Shown: positions 11,734 through 24,340, counted from the stretch's first letter. The stretch: 64,000 bases of DNA from Dicyema japonicum (GCA_011109175.1 RDEW01000050.1:212694-276693); one strand, 5' to 3'. Notes: generated by a model not told the origin, from the sequence alone. A program made the numbers and translations.

Positions 11734-13633
11734 CAGAGGTTGTCAAACGGTGTGCCGCGAGACAATTTCTAGTGTGCCGCCTGCCAAATACAAATTTGAA
11801 TAAATTTATATACATTTTTTGACCTAATTAATTTAAAAAGATAAATAAATTAAAATAATCATTTTTTATTATATATTAAATGACATTTACATTGGTTAAC
11901 CATTATTTATTAATTTTTTAATAACGTGCGCATCAACGTGCTTATGGGTAAATCAGTTCGTCGTTCTTATAAAAATTCTTATTTGTCATTTGGATTTATA
12001 TGCATAGATAAAAATGAACTACCTCAATGTCTAATTTGCATGGAAGTCTTGGCAAATGATGCTATGGTTCCTAGCAAACTAAAGAGACATTTTACTTCCA
12101 AGCATCCGGACTATTCCGAAAAATCTGTGGATTATTTTATCCATTTGAAAAAACAACACAAGTATTATTCAGTTTTTACTATGAATCGTAGATCTAGTCA
12201 AATGATGTTCAGTGAAACTTTTGTAAACACAAAGGAATCATTGAAATGTTCATACCTGATCTCAGAATTGATAGCAAAACAACTAAAACCTCACACTATT
12301 GGCGAAAACTTGATAATCCCTGCTTGTCGTATTATTGCTCGGACTATGTTTGGTCATAAATATGAACAAAAAATAATGAAGATACCTTTGTCAGATAACA
12401 CTGTTTCTCGTCGGATTTGTGCTTTGTCGGAGAATATTGAAAATAGTGTATCATTTTCTATTAAAGAAGCTCGGTTTTCATTACAACTTGACGAATCCAC
12501 GGATATTTCGGGAATGGCACATTTGTTGGCATATATACGATTTGTTTATTCTGGGAAAATTACTGAACAATTCTTGTTTTGTAAGCCTCTTTTAACTACT
12601 ACTCGAGCAATTGATATGTACACGATATTAAACGATTATTTTAATATAAATAATATTTCATTTGTCAATTGTATTGGTATATGTACAGATGGAGCCTCGT
12701 CTATGTCTGGTCGTATTCATGGACCTGTTTCATCAGTCAAATCTAAAAAGAATGAGATAATATCATCACATTGTTTTTTGCATCGAGAAGTATTGGTTGT
12801 AAAAACATTACCATTAAATTTGAAATCTGTCTTGGATGATATTATCCGAATGATTAATAATATAAAAAGTCGACCCAAAAAATCTCGCATTTTTACTACT
12901 ATTTGCGATGAAATGGGGGCAAACTTTACAAATTTGTTACTTCATACCGAAATTCGATGGCTATCAAGGGGTAAAGCATTAACAAGGGTTTTTGAATTAA
13001 AGGACGAAATGTGTGAGTTTTTTAAATTGGAAGGGCATTCTGAATTTGTTGAAAAAATTCAGAATCCAATGTGGTCTATAAAACTTGCGTATTTATCTGA
13101 CATTTTACAAATATTAAACGAGGTTAATGCAAGTATGCAAGGAGGTTCTGAGACTATTTTATCGTCGACGGACAATTAAAGAAAATGAAGAACTTATTGC
13201 ACTGTTTAATGATCGATCTTTAAAATTAATGACGACGGAGTTAGACATTGGAGAATTCTGGATATATATTCGAAACATATATCCCAGTTTATCAATCAAG
13301 CACTGACCATAATTTTACAGTTCTCAACAACCTATTTATGCGAAACAGGTTTTTCTACGCTGCATAATATGAAATATAACAAACGTGAAAGTTTGAGAAA
13401 CATTGATGCTCAAATGCGGGTGTCTTTGTCAACCATTCGACCTGATATTGATGATATATGCAAAAACAATAATAATTAAGATTTTATTTTATTATTAATA
13501 AAAATTTGGGCATTAAATTAATAATTTTTGTACTTAGTTTTACACATCTTAAAAATTTAATTTTTTAATGTGTGCCGTGGATTATTTTTTTTACGATTAG
13601 TGTGCCGCGGGAATTATTTTTTGAAAAGCTCTG
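11734..13633 (+). mobile_element. hAT (Buster/Charlie-type) DNA transposon, internally deleted
   Basis: Imperfect TIRs CAGAGGTTGTCAAA / TTTGAAAAGCTCTG; 8-bp TSD CTATACAT (11726-11733, 13634-13641) with central TA; subterminal gtgtgccgc repeats. Confidence 0.95.
11944..13179 (+). pseudogene. Truncated hAT transposase (ZBED5/SCAND3-like)
   Basis: PQCLIC..KLKRHF..KH, LQLDESTD, CTDGA, HCFLHR and IRWLSRG motifs; stop at 13179, with a frameshifted dimerisation-domain remnant ~13230-13470. Confidence 0.9.
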
Positions 13634-14169
13634 CTATACATTCTACATGCAGGTGAATGAATACAGCAACTTCGTTATGCCTCATCACACAGTCACTATT
13701 GAGCATTCTGCTACAACGTGCATCCAAATGATCCACTGATTTCTTGCAATGACTACAAACTGAATCATTGTTATCAAAAAAACAAGTCCCGTCCTGAAGC
13801 AAACAATAAATTTTCTCTGATCTCGGGCTATTACCTTCATATCCATCCAGAAATTTTACATCTTCATACAATTCAGAGTAGTTGTAGACTTCTCAAAACT
13901 CCTCTCCAACCACACTGAAATACTCATCAATCTCATTTATCATCTTCACCATTGTATCTTCCTTCTCAGTAAATATTTTTAGTTCATCAATAAAAAGTAG
14001 GTGATTAATTGAATACGTCATCAATTATGAATTACTTTGGGATGCAGACAATTTTGGAAATTTATTGTACCGAACATTGAACTCGATAGATTTTTCCGCA
14101 TTTTATAACATTTTTCATTTATTATAACAAAAATAAGAGAAACTTATTTATTTAATCACAACCCTTTAA

Positions 14170-14500
14170 TTTTGATGAGAGCTACTTTACATATTTTTTG
14201 ATACAATTTTTGATATGTCGGGCTCAGCTGTTCGTGTAGTTTCGACTTTTATTTAAGGGTGATAAATTTTCATCATTCAATTTTGTTCCTTTAGCAGTTT
14301 TTGTCAATTTCATTAATGGAAGTTGTTCACGGATCAACAAACATAGCATTGATATTAAAATTTTTAAACTTTTTAAACTTTCCAGGAAGATTTGAAAAGA
14401 AAACAGGTAGTACAACTTCCAAATATTTAGTTTTAAATATAGAATCTGATTGGAAGTCCAATAGTTCAATTTTTAAGCTTTCATGTGCTTTTCATTTCGT
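14170..14500 (-). mobile_element. hAT transposase C-terminal remnant (GTF2IRD2/SPIN-like)
   Basis: ELLDFQSDSIFKTKY..FFSNLPGKF and, after a frameshift, LIREQL..MKL..T..GTKLNDENL resemble the hAT dimerisation region. Confidence 0.5.
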
Positions 14501-14589
14501 CTGTGTTTTGGCTTTTGATTTCCATATTATTATTAATAGCACTTTCGAAGAACCAAAAATGTAATTTATTTAATTAAGGTTCCGCTTGT

Positions 14590-16280
14590 GCCGTATTTTT
14601 CTTCAGGTTATTTTTTTTCCACTATTCTCTTGACCAACTTCCTCCATGCTCCGCGGTTACAGGCAGTTATTCCGAGCGTATCCAGATCATCTCCAGTTTT
14701 CAGCTTTCGTCCTACATTGGTCAGGCCCTTGTGTAGAACCTCTGGCAAAGTTATGCGAGGTCTTCCACGGAACGAGGTATTCACTTCTGGGCAGAAGTAG
14801 TTCTCCATTGCTATTTTAGCAGGCGTCATCTGGCTCATTCGAAAGATGTGACCAAACAGACGCCATCTTGATTCCAGGATATCCAGACTCAATGGTCTTG
14901 TATTACATACTTTGTATAGATTCTTGTTTGTAATTTTTTTGGCCAGTTGATGCCAAGCAACAGTCGGAGTTGCTTACGATGGAAGGCATCTAGTTTGTCC
15001 ATTACCGCTTCTAAGACACCCCAGGTTGCAGCGTTGTACATTAGGACTGGTTTCACGAAGGCATGTATAGTCTCACACGTAATTGTGTGCTAATTTGTTT
15101 ACGATGATTCCAGACTACTCCCATTTTTCTAAAGGCCGCGACGGCCAACATCTTCCTGTTAGTGATATCCTCAGCGTCTCCGAGCAACGACCCCAATTTT
15201 TTACAGTATCTCCATTTTTCATCAGTTCGGGTTAGTTCACGGCGTATGGTAGTTGTCTCCGTCTTTTCCGTATTGATTTTGATGAACCATTTTTCTAGGA
15301 CATCTGGCATCCTTGTCCGTATATAGTTTAATGTTTTCTCGTCGCTGGATATATAGTCGATATCATCTGCATAAATCACTTCAGTTTGAGGTAGATCGCC
15401 AATTAATAGTCTGAAGTCTCTGAGTGCCGCCTCCAGATATGTCACAAAAAGTACCGGTGACAAGGAATCTCCCTGCGGTACCCCGAACGTTGTCTCGAAT
15501 GGGACAGACTCCAAATTTCCAAAACGTACACTTAGCTGCGTTGTTCCAAGTAATAGGCGGATCATTCTGACACTGTCCTCGTCAACCAACTTCTCCAAGA
15601 TATCCAAAAGTCTCCCTCTGTGTATAGAGTCAAAGGCTTTGGACATGTCCATGCCAAGGATGCCAATAGCCCCCTTGTACTTTTGATGTGTTGCACAAAG
15701 CCATCGATGTCCCCAGACCACATCAGCTGTAGATCTCCCTGACCTGAATCCGCTTTGATCGTGAGAGAGAAAGTTCTCGATGTCAGATTCAATCCTGTTC
15801 AGCACTATAAGTGAGAGTGTCTTGCGTAGAGTCGTCAATAGTACGATGGGTCTTAAATTCGTTAAGGGGCCTTTAGCTTTGCCCGGTTTTTGTAGTGCAA
15901 TTAGTGTGCCATTACCCACATTCAGTGGTGAGTTGTATTTGAATGTTTTTTGTATATCTCAGTTAATAGTTTAGAGATCTCGGTCGGTGCATATTTGAGA
16001 AGTTCTGCATTTATGTTGTCAGGGCCAGCAGCTCTATTGTTGTTCAGTTTGTCCAGGGCTTTTTTTGTTTCCAGAATCGTTATCGGAATATTTAGTTCTC
16101 GTGCTTCACCATCGAATTGTTTGATTTTTTCCCCGTGGTTTTGATTGAAGGCCTGCTGATAATGGCTGGATATGGCCGATAGAATTTCATTTTTGTTTAA
16201 CATAGTCTTTCCATAAATAGAATTATTTTCGGTCTCAATAAAATCTTTTAACAACTTTGTAAAGTGATAACCAGCGGATT
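14590..16280 (-). mobile_element. RTE/RTEX-like LINE, 5'-truncated
   Basis: LNNNRAAGPD, LQKPGK..LRPIVLL, QSGFRSGRST, DMSKAFD, GVPQGDSLSP, YADD, RWRLFGH and a C-terminal LxxxAxNRxxW. Confidence 0.9.
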
Positions 16281-16559
16281 GGATTATAAAAAGGAATGAT
16301 ATTAACTGATTATTCATATCTATCATCAGTTTACTAAACTGCCGGTAATTGAGGGCATCTGATGTAGTTTACTGTTTTCGTGACCAAACTAATCGTATTT
16401 TCCATTTTTAAAATATTTGAACACAAATTTTGCTGATCAATGATACAATGAAACTGACAATAAGGAAAAGATAAGATTGTAATATCTGTTTTATAGCCAT
16501 CCGCGAATCATAAAGTTTGCTATAATGTTAGAAGTCAATGCATACAACAATCGTAATTT

Positions 16560-17440
16560 AATTAATTTGTTAATCTCGGGACCACAAGAAATAGGATAAG
16601 TAATTAGAATCCTGGATTGATCTCCATATAGAAGAAGGTTTTTCCCATGTCTTGGGAATTCCAAATATTATCCCCAACGGGATGCTCTGCACATTTGACA
16701 ATTTTAAATTAATTTATTAGCACAGTTTCACTAATATGTAGAAAACAGGCTGTCAAATAGCGCACTGTTGAGACGAGACGCTCCCAGTAATCCATAACCT
16801 TTACGTTGAGGCTTAATGACCCAAGGAAATCAAAGAGATCCTGAAATACTCTTTGAGAAATCTTGGTGATTAACACGTATACGGTACACAGACTTTTAAT
16901 CCAGTCGTAATGAGATCCATATACGGAATCATTCCTTAGTTAATTATTAATGTAAATAATTAATAATGACCCAAAGGCAGTTGAAAACCTCGACAACATG
17001 CAATCTATGAGATCAGTGATAGCGATTGAGTACAGAGTAAAAGAATGACATTTAATATTGTGTCTTGGACTGCAGAATACTGTGGTTTCCGTGAACCCCT
17101 CATTATTATGGTTAAGCATGATATAGTTATAAATATAACATTTTTACTTAATATACTTTCCCCTATTAGGCAAATCTATTTAAGAAGGGTGACGAGCAAT
17201 TGTTTATTATCGTAAATTCCCACGTGGAGTACATAACAAAGTCAATTTGGGAACCAACTAAATTTAAGAGCTTTACTTACCAAAACTTACAGAAATATCT
17301 GAATATGTTAAACTGATTACGCACAAAGTAATTAAGTGACCCAAATACCCATAGTCGACAATATTGTCTTCAACCGATTCCTTGTTTTCCAGATAAGTCG
17401 CAGTGGGTGTATTCTAAGAATTATTATTAAGCAAAGAACT
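16560..17440 (-). CDS. Possible divergent or pseudogenised 7TM/GPCR-like gene
   Basis: Fragments YSIAITDL (TM2-like) and LWITGSVSSQQCAI (TM3-like) with tiny-intron-like segments; frames not closed and an in-frame TGA is present. Confidence 0.25.
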
Positions 17441-17578
17441 CAACAAATTAACAATTGAAACCGAATTTAACGACTATCTAGTTTTATTAATAATTTTACT
17501 AATAAAAAATTATTTATTCAATAATTAATTTTATTAAATAAATTTTTAATAAATAGTACACTTATAGACTTAATTGGA

Positions 17579-18265
17579 ATGAGTGACAGTTCTAGTTCAA
17601 GCAGTTCAGGAATAATATCCGACAAAAAAGCTGATGAAAAGAGAAGAAAGAAATTAATTAAAAATGTGTAAAAAATTATATTTTCTAGGGTTCGTTATAC
17701 CACATAGGAATTATTCCTCCTCATTTACTTAGTCAACTATGTTCAAACAGTTCTGGTGATGAAAAAAATTCTGATGCAAAATTAAGAAAGAAATTAATCA
17801 AAAAAGTGTAACAAAAATGATATTTTCTAGGGTCTGTTAAGTCCACACCACACATTATCCATTCCTCCCCATTTACTCTGTCAAATAAATGACTACAAAA
17901 ACTCATCATTTAAACGAGATTTTTCCAACTTCCACTCCCACGGATTCTCCAATCAACCATTTTCTGGCTCCCACGGATTCTCCAATCAATCATTTTCTGG
18001 CTCCCACGGATTCTCCAATCAACCATTTTCTGGCTCCCATGGATTTTCCAATCAATCATTTTCTGGCTCTCACATGCATGGAGAATTTCCTCAAGGAAAT
18101 ATCGGACATAATCTTCACTCCTCCGTATTTAACCACGGTGATTCCAAGTACCGAGGTCAGGTTGATCCTCCTGGAATGTATCCAATGGGAACTCCATCAG
18201 CCTCAGAAAATTTTTTCAAAAAAAACAAGAAATTTGATTATGAATTCCCCAAGCATAAATTTTAG
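17579..18265 (+). CDS. Orphan 212-aa protein with a duplicated intron-bearing module and SHGFSNQ(P/S)FSG repeats
   Basis: Exons 17579-17665, 17689-17805 and 17831-18265 (87+117+435 nt), introns 23 and 25 nt, open frame from ATG to TAG. Confidence 0.75.
17935..18070 (+). repeat. 33-bp tandem repeat, four copies (coding)
   Basis: ctcccacggattctccaatcaaccattttctgg units. Confidence 0.95.
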
Positions 18266-18395
18266 TTACTAATAACTTTAGACTAATATAAGCATAAATT
18301 TTAGTTACTAATTAACTTTAGTCTATGATTTGTGTAAGTTACTGATATCTAAAAAAGTGAACTACCGATGTCTGATTATTACTTTTTATTATTAT

Positions 18396-19891
18396 GGCCA
18401 GGATATTGTTGACAGATAAATGAATCCATTGTTTGAAGGTCTTAGTTTGAGGATAGTTAAATACGCACACATTCATGACTGTTATTTTTTTCACGCACGA
18501 TCATTCCATCACTCCTTTGTGGACTGGAAGGATGGTATTACACTGCATACAAAGAACGTTTTATCTTGCTTCTTGAAAAATCGAGGAGAGCAGGGTTCAA
18601 GATTACCCTACACAAAAGGCTCGACAAAAAGCTAGATAAAGATGAAAAATTGCTAGTAATGTCGATAAAAGATGCAGCAGGAAAAAGATCGAAAACTTCC
18701 TAAAAAGAGATGTCATAATTAACTCGTATGTTGCAGCATATAATAAACGATAAGAGGGTCTCTGAGCGCATAGAAGATCCAAGGATTCAGGACTTGCGGC
18801 ATGAGGCAAATAACTCCCTCTTTAATTCAACTCTTAAGTTAAAAAGACAGTTATTTAGGTCATAAACAGTAAAAATGTATGACTAAATTAACTGACATAC
18901 ATAATATAAATTAGTCTAAAAATGGCTCTTACATAACTTTTTTGATACCATGAAGGTAACTCCTTACTTGTTCAATGCCTTTATCTTAGACTAAAAATAA
19001 GTTTTTATTAATAACGAATTAATGAAGTCGATTGAAAGTCAAAGAACTTTGTTATGGTCTACAGGCATTGAGCACTAAGGCATGATCATAATATTAAAAA
19101 TAATTTGGAGATGTCGGGAAAAGAACCCGAGACCATCAGCATGCAAAGCAGACGTCATACCACTAGACCACATCCCCGCAGATTTTGTTAGTTAAAGGCT
19201 ATCTCGATCTCGCTAATCTTTTCTATCCTTCTTATAAAGATTTCATCTTTACTCTTCACTTTCTCTTAGATCATCGAGGTTTTTAATCGACATCATTTAG
19301 ATCACTATTAATTATGAGAGGCAGTGCTCAGATTTCCAGTATGATCTTCCCATTACGTAAAGTAACTTTATTTTCTGAAGTGCCTAACCTTTACATAAGC
19401 TGTGATCAACTTCAACTTTTATTTTGTAGTATTCATGTTCTTTATTTTGTCTCATATATTGAGGATAGAGCATCAGAGTGCAATGAAAAACTAAGGTTTT
19501 CAGAATATCATGTTTGGTAAAAATCAATGGACTTCCAAGTCCATTCGCTTGAAGACAGCAAACACTGATCGCTTAAAATCATTTTCTAGAGTTTTTTTTG
19601 AATTTGAGACTCACTGGTGTTGAGGGTTTCAATGGAGAGCGGAAAACTAGTAAGCAATTGGAAGGAAGCCATTTGTATATTATTATAGGCAATTAGGCTA
19701 TGTAATAAAATGTGACAAAGCATGTGGAAGACGGATAATCAAACTACTAGGTAACTTCTTCCATGTCAAACATATTATAATGCATAATTAGTGAGTAATT
19801 AACGTATATTTCTCCCCCGTTTCCTCAAGTAAAGCTTTTCTATATTCATCAAATTCATAATCGAGTCCGACAATATTCTGATTCTCAATTA
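18396..19891. repeat. Dispersed ~1.5-kb repeat, copy 1 (LINE 3' fragment + tRNA-Ala + degenerate sequence)
   Basis: Colinear with 39378-40957 from GGCCAGGATATTG to ATTCTCAATTA. Confidence 0.95.
19106..19177 (-). tRNA. tRNA-Ala(UGC), probable pseudogene (T-loop altered)
   Basis: 72-nt cloverleaf, G3:U70, anticodon TGC, A73, downstream T5; T-loop reads TTCTTTT instead of TTCGATT. Confidence 0.8.
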
Positions 19892-19999
19892 GTGAAAGCA
19901 CACAATTTGTGTCTCTACCAAGTCTCTCATCGTGAATCACTATAATAACTCCCCTTAATAGTTCTTTAAATCCAATTTTGCATCGCCGATTCTTTACAG

Positions 20000-20700
20000 T
20001 CGATATCCAAGGCAAAGAGCAGGGGACCAAGGGGGTCACCTTGTTGAACTTCAGTCTTGGATTTGATGATGTGTTGCCTGAACATCATCGTACATGGGGA
20101 ACCATTTGCAAGTTTTACCATTCTGCTGATTTTGGAGATCCTGGAGATGCTAGTTTCTATTATTCTATTTCTGCGAATACTATTGAAAGCATGCGGTCTG
20201 TAAGGGTCTTTATTGAATTAATGAGTTCCCCATATTGGCGGTTGTGGAAGAAATAAGGTTTTTCATATGACTCGGACGTACAGGTCGTCCAAGCCAGCAC
20301 TGCTATTTCATGGGAAAGATGAAATAGCAGACCGCATATTACCTGTGGTTGTGCCAAATGTGGAATGTCCTTCCCAATTTTTGTTTTGCTTAGATCCGAC
20401 GGGATGAGTGGATGTTTTTGGATGATGAGCTCGAGGGTTTCTTTAGTTGGTGAAAGAACTTTGTCAATGTTGGAGAGCGTACGCAGAGCATCCCGAATGT
20501 CCAGACCATGATCCTGGGATCGATAATAACTTCGGTAGTTCGTGGGCATAGTTGGAAATTTATGCAGGAAAATGCGGTCAGAGACAACCTTCATAGAGTT
20601 AATTAGGAAATTCTCTGCATTGGCAGCGATAAAAGAGTCCTTTATTTGGTTTAGCGGTAGGCCAGCCACCACTCATACTCCATAAGAAGGATTAAGTAAC
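20000..20700 (-). mobile_element. CRE-like RT fragment
   Basis: LIIQKHP, AFNSIRR and EVQQGDPLGPLLFAL across two frames. Confidence 0.8.
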
Positions 20701-20744
20701 CGATCGCGGTAGGGGACAAGTGTGAATTGGTGGCTTTTTTTACC

Positions 20745-21200
20745 CCGAGATCACCGGATTAGAAAAAGTTAAAAGTTAACTACTAACTAAGTGATCTCGG
20801 TTTTCCGGGTTCTAGCTCTCGTTCGGGGTGCTCGAAGATCCAACAGAATTGGTAGAAACGGGGACGGTCTCATTCTCCATAGATTCCCCGCATTTTCTAG
20901 ATAGTCAGATATAGAGAGTGAAAACGGACAACCGGTTTTCATTGCCCACTGTAGAAATGACTTCCTCTCCACCTTAGATGTTCTTTAACATTCAATACGT
21001 TATTCAGTTTTCTTATTAATTATTTTCAAGGCAGCAAGTTGTGCGGCTTCTAATTTTTGAGACGACGATTCAGAAATCATCGAGCTCCAGGAAGGACATG
21101 CGTATTCGATTACTGGCAAATTTTCTGTAGTAAGAAGGTGTTGCGCCTGATTGGTGATCGGGACAAATTTTTCAATTAAAGTAATAAATTTCTCGACCTT
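20745..21200 (-). mobile_element. Ingi/Vingi-like LINE 3' fragment
   Basis: PVIEYACPSW motif, ORF ends EIT-TAG, family tail; nearly identical to 30271-30720. Confidence 0.8.
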
Positions 21201-21369
21201 AAAAGACATTCGGCTAAAGACAGTAGGGATAGTATATTTCTTATTAACACTGCCTTCAGTTACCGTAATGGTCGTTTGCTTCCAGAATTGTGCAAAGGGA
21301 CTAAAATCCCATCTCCAAGCTTCAAAGAGAATGTGCTACAAATACAGAGTTGAATATTTTTGATATAAG

Positions 21370-21960
21370 AGCAATCACATGAGCATATTTAATAATTTGT
21401 ATATTATCCAGCAGCCCTGTTATTATTCAGTTTATTGATGGTCAGTCTCATCAGTAGTGATTAGTAGATTTGATTTCCTCAGTCTCAAACAAATCAAGCT
21501 TACATTTTTGACAGTTGTTTACAGAAATGGTCTGCAATAATCTCAGTTTTTTCTTTATTGTCGATTACAGTACTTGAATTTCATGAGCACAAATCTTTGT
21601 AATACCCATTTGTAATAAGCGGACAGAACGTCTGTATCCAGTCCCGTATCCCAATTTTTCAATTTCTTTGAAATGTTTGTCATTTTTACTGACATAAATT
21701 CCTATTTTCTTTATCACACAATTTCTCCTTTTCTTAAGTTGATATAAGTATTATTATAACTGCATGAGTTCAGTTCCAACCGAAATTTTTCCGCTCCTTT
21801 GTTAATGGGTAAATTTTGGGATCAAAGACACCTTTTCTCCTTAATCTCAAACGATAGTTCTCACGAGTAATACAAGCATAGTTCTCCACTGCAAAACGAT
21901 CCGCAATTGATTTATTCCTTCTAATCTATTCAAAAAAACCTTTTCATCCTAAATCATGAA
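21370..21960 (-). mobile_element. RTEX-like LINE fragment (EN-RT linker)
   Basis: KLNNNRAAG motif in degenerate sequence. Confidence 0.55.
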
Positions 21961-22799
21961 ACCAAGAGCTTATAAAGTGGAGATGCCTCCATAACTTCGA
22001 TAATCGGTTAACAGTGCTTTCAAGGATCTTATGCAAAATGCTGGAGATTGTGAATATATAATTTGTGGAAAAGGTAATAATTTATATTACAAAAAACTGG
22101 CCGCGTAAATTCTAGACCTTCGGAAGAGATTCCTAGAGATTGTATTAAGCATCTTTTCATTTTATGATGCAGACGGTGTACTCACATGTATTGGGACATC
22201 GCCTATTTGACTAGGCGGCCATCAAATTTTTATTATTTTTTATGCATAACTTTACACTTAATAATTTCAATAGATCTCGCTTTTATCAAAATGATAAAAT
22301 TTCATTGTTTCCATTACATTATTATTTTATACCATTGACCTCTATATAAGGAGCTCTTCTCCAGTTATCATTTCTCCCTTTGCAAAACTTTTATAGTGTA
22401 TGAATGTAATTTCATATTGAATCTTTGAGTTCTTTCGAAATCCTAAATCCCCTCTTCTATAAAGGCTACAAGGAGGTTCTTCAGCACATTGAGTAGTGTC
22501 AGACTGTGTAAATACGTAATTCATAGAGTTAGCGTACTAGTCTCTTCTAGAGAGAAATTATTTTCTTCCTTTTATTATGTTACTCTGTCTTCTTCAAGAG
22601 AGGATTTACCAAAACACCATCTATAAGTGAAGAATTACTCCATGAAAACCAAAATAGTATTTCTTTAAGTGCACTCATTGAAAACGAATGAAGGCTTAAA
22701 ATCTTTTCCCTGGACTTAATATCTTCCATGAAGCTCCCTTTTATACAAATTAAAATTCCTGTAACAGAAAACGCGGACAAATTCTAAAATAAGTTATTC

Positions 22800-23986
22800 T
22801 GTCACGAGCCTAGGTGGTTACACTTATGGACTTAGAATAACCCATAAACTAAAAAATTATGGCGACCAATTTAATAGGACCCAAGAACAACAAACAAGAC
22901 AACAACAACGATTTATTGACAAAAGAGTTAAGGAGATTTCTGGAGGGTATTACATCTGACTCCTACCATTTAATTATTATTTTCTTAATAAATTAAATAA
23001 TTATATTTTCTACTAATAGAAGTTACAAAATAACTTAAATAGAGAAATAATAAGTATATCACGAGAAATAACTAATGTTCTAAACATAGAACATTATTAT
23101 AAATCTCGCATGAAACTACATTTTTTGGTTGAGCTGGTGACGTGGCTCTAATAAAGTATTAACATGTCTGAAAAGTACGAACCTTATCTTTTGGAGAAAT
23201 TCTCGCTGCTCTCATTCAACGTCCGAGGCCTAACCTCTTCTTGGAAAAGGACCTCCCTCTGTCAAGACCTACATAATTATGATGTCGCAATCGGTTGCCT
23301 ACAGGAAACCAAAATCCAAGATAACCACGAAGAAACATGTGGTAAATTCAAATTGATCTTTCTCCCGACTGTCAACAGGCACTATGGACTGGGTTTTGCC
23401 ATCAAAATGGAATTTCTCCCCCATATCTACAGAGTATGGGCAGTTAATGACCGCATCGGAGTTCTACAAATGAAGTTTATGAATGCCAAAGCAAGCACTG
23501 ACATTGTCTCCATTATCAATGTATACGCACCTCACAGTGGTTGGATTAACAAAGATCCGGCTCTATTTGATGACTTCTACCCAGATTTATCAGATTTATA
23601 TTTAGAATTGGCCGACTCCGCACTCTTATTTATAGCTGGTGATATGGATTACTTGAGAAATTTGGCTCAGGATCGTGGAAAGTGGAGAAAATTAACTAAA
23701 AGATTAATGTTTGGTACTGCACTGGTTTTGTCATTTCCAATGGCAAGACGTTGTGCTTTATAATAATAAATAATAATAATGAAACTACATCCCTGATAGA
23801 CACTAATTCCCTATGCGGCCTTCGGCCACTTTTCTTCAAATAGACACTAATTCCCTATGCTGTTTTTATTTAATAAAAAATTTAATTTCCTTTATTTATC
23901 TCAAACGATAAATTAATTTTCAATCTTTATCTAAAAATAAGCGAAGTGTAACCACCTAGGCTCGGTAACACCCTAGGCTCGTGACA
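22800..23986. mobile_element. TG...CA element with 15-bp terminal inverted repeats and a 5-bp TSD (non-autonomous Ginger-like, or a solo LTR)
   Basis: TGTCACGAGCCTAGG (22800-22814) / CCTAGGCTCGTGACA (23972-23986); TSD TATTC at 22795-22799 and 23987-23991; second partial IR copy at 23944-23964. Confidence 0.8.
23122..23778 (+). mobile_element. Internally deleted RTEX-like LINE with an in-frame 199-aa ORF (23164-23763)
   Basis: 12-bp TSD ATGAAACTACAT (23110-23121, 23779-23790), (TAA)n tail; APE N-half (SFNVRGL, CLQETK, NVYAPHS, IAGD) fused to C-terminal LRNLAQDRGKW. Confidence 0.9.
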
Positions 23987-24039
23987 TATTCTGTTATAAT
24001 TTTAAACATTAAAACGATCAAACACAAAATAAATCGACT

Positions 24040-24340
24040 CCTGCAGGGATTCACATCTACAAGTGAAAACGGTTATTTGTCAAGGCTCATTCCTATTGAA
24101 CTCTTGGATAACACCAATAGGAGTATGCCTCAGTTTGGACAAAATGTTTTCCACCAGTGCAAATGCGGAAAAACTGTTGTTGTTAAAGGACTTCACATCC
24201 TCTCCTAAGACTAATCGTAGGAGGGCTTTAAGCCGTTAGATATCCAGTACCACTGGAGCCGTCAGGACAACATAAACAAAAGACCTGACGCAACGACTCC
24301 TTTCCCAAATACCCATGATCGACTACAACTAGAGCCGAAA
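24040..24340 (+). mobile_element. CRE-like fragment
   Basis: CKCGKTVVVKGLHILS and NKRPDATTPFP. Confidence 0.55.

Larger units (their letters stand above)
11400..14100 (-). mobile_element. R4/Dong-like RLE non-LTR retrotransposon fragment interrupted by a hAT element
   Basis: INHLLFIDELKIF (RT), CSHC..VDHL..RCSRML..RHNEVA (CCHC), KPDIFVYDK..IIEVGIT..EKLHKYD (RLE); the two halves flank 11734-13633. Confidence 0.8.

Noticed and set aside
16740-16790. UGA reassigned to a sense codon
   Set aside because: In-frame TGAs appear only in poorly resolved models. In fully traced genes (DLST, eIF4E, orphan, Rab part) Trp is TGG and no internal stop remains after splicing.
20160-20672. 170-aa ORF as a host gene (superficially PSMG1-like)
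   Set aside because: It continues by frameshift into AFNSIRR...QQGDPLGPLLF, so it is a CRE retrotransposon RT region.
22000-22790. SET-domain-like gene (GEELLI, EDIKSREKIL)
   Set aside because: The motifs are too short, both strands are open, and no consistent spliced frame was found.
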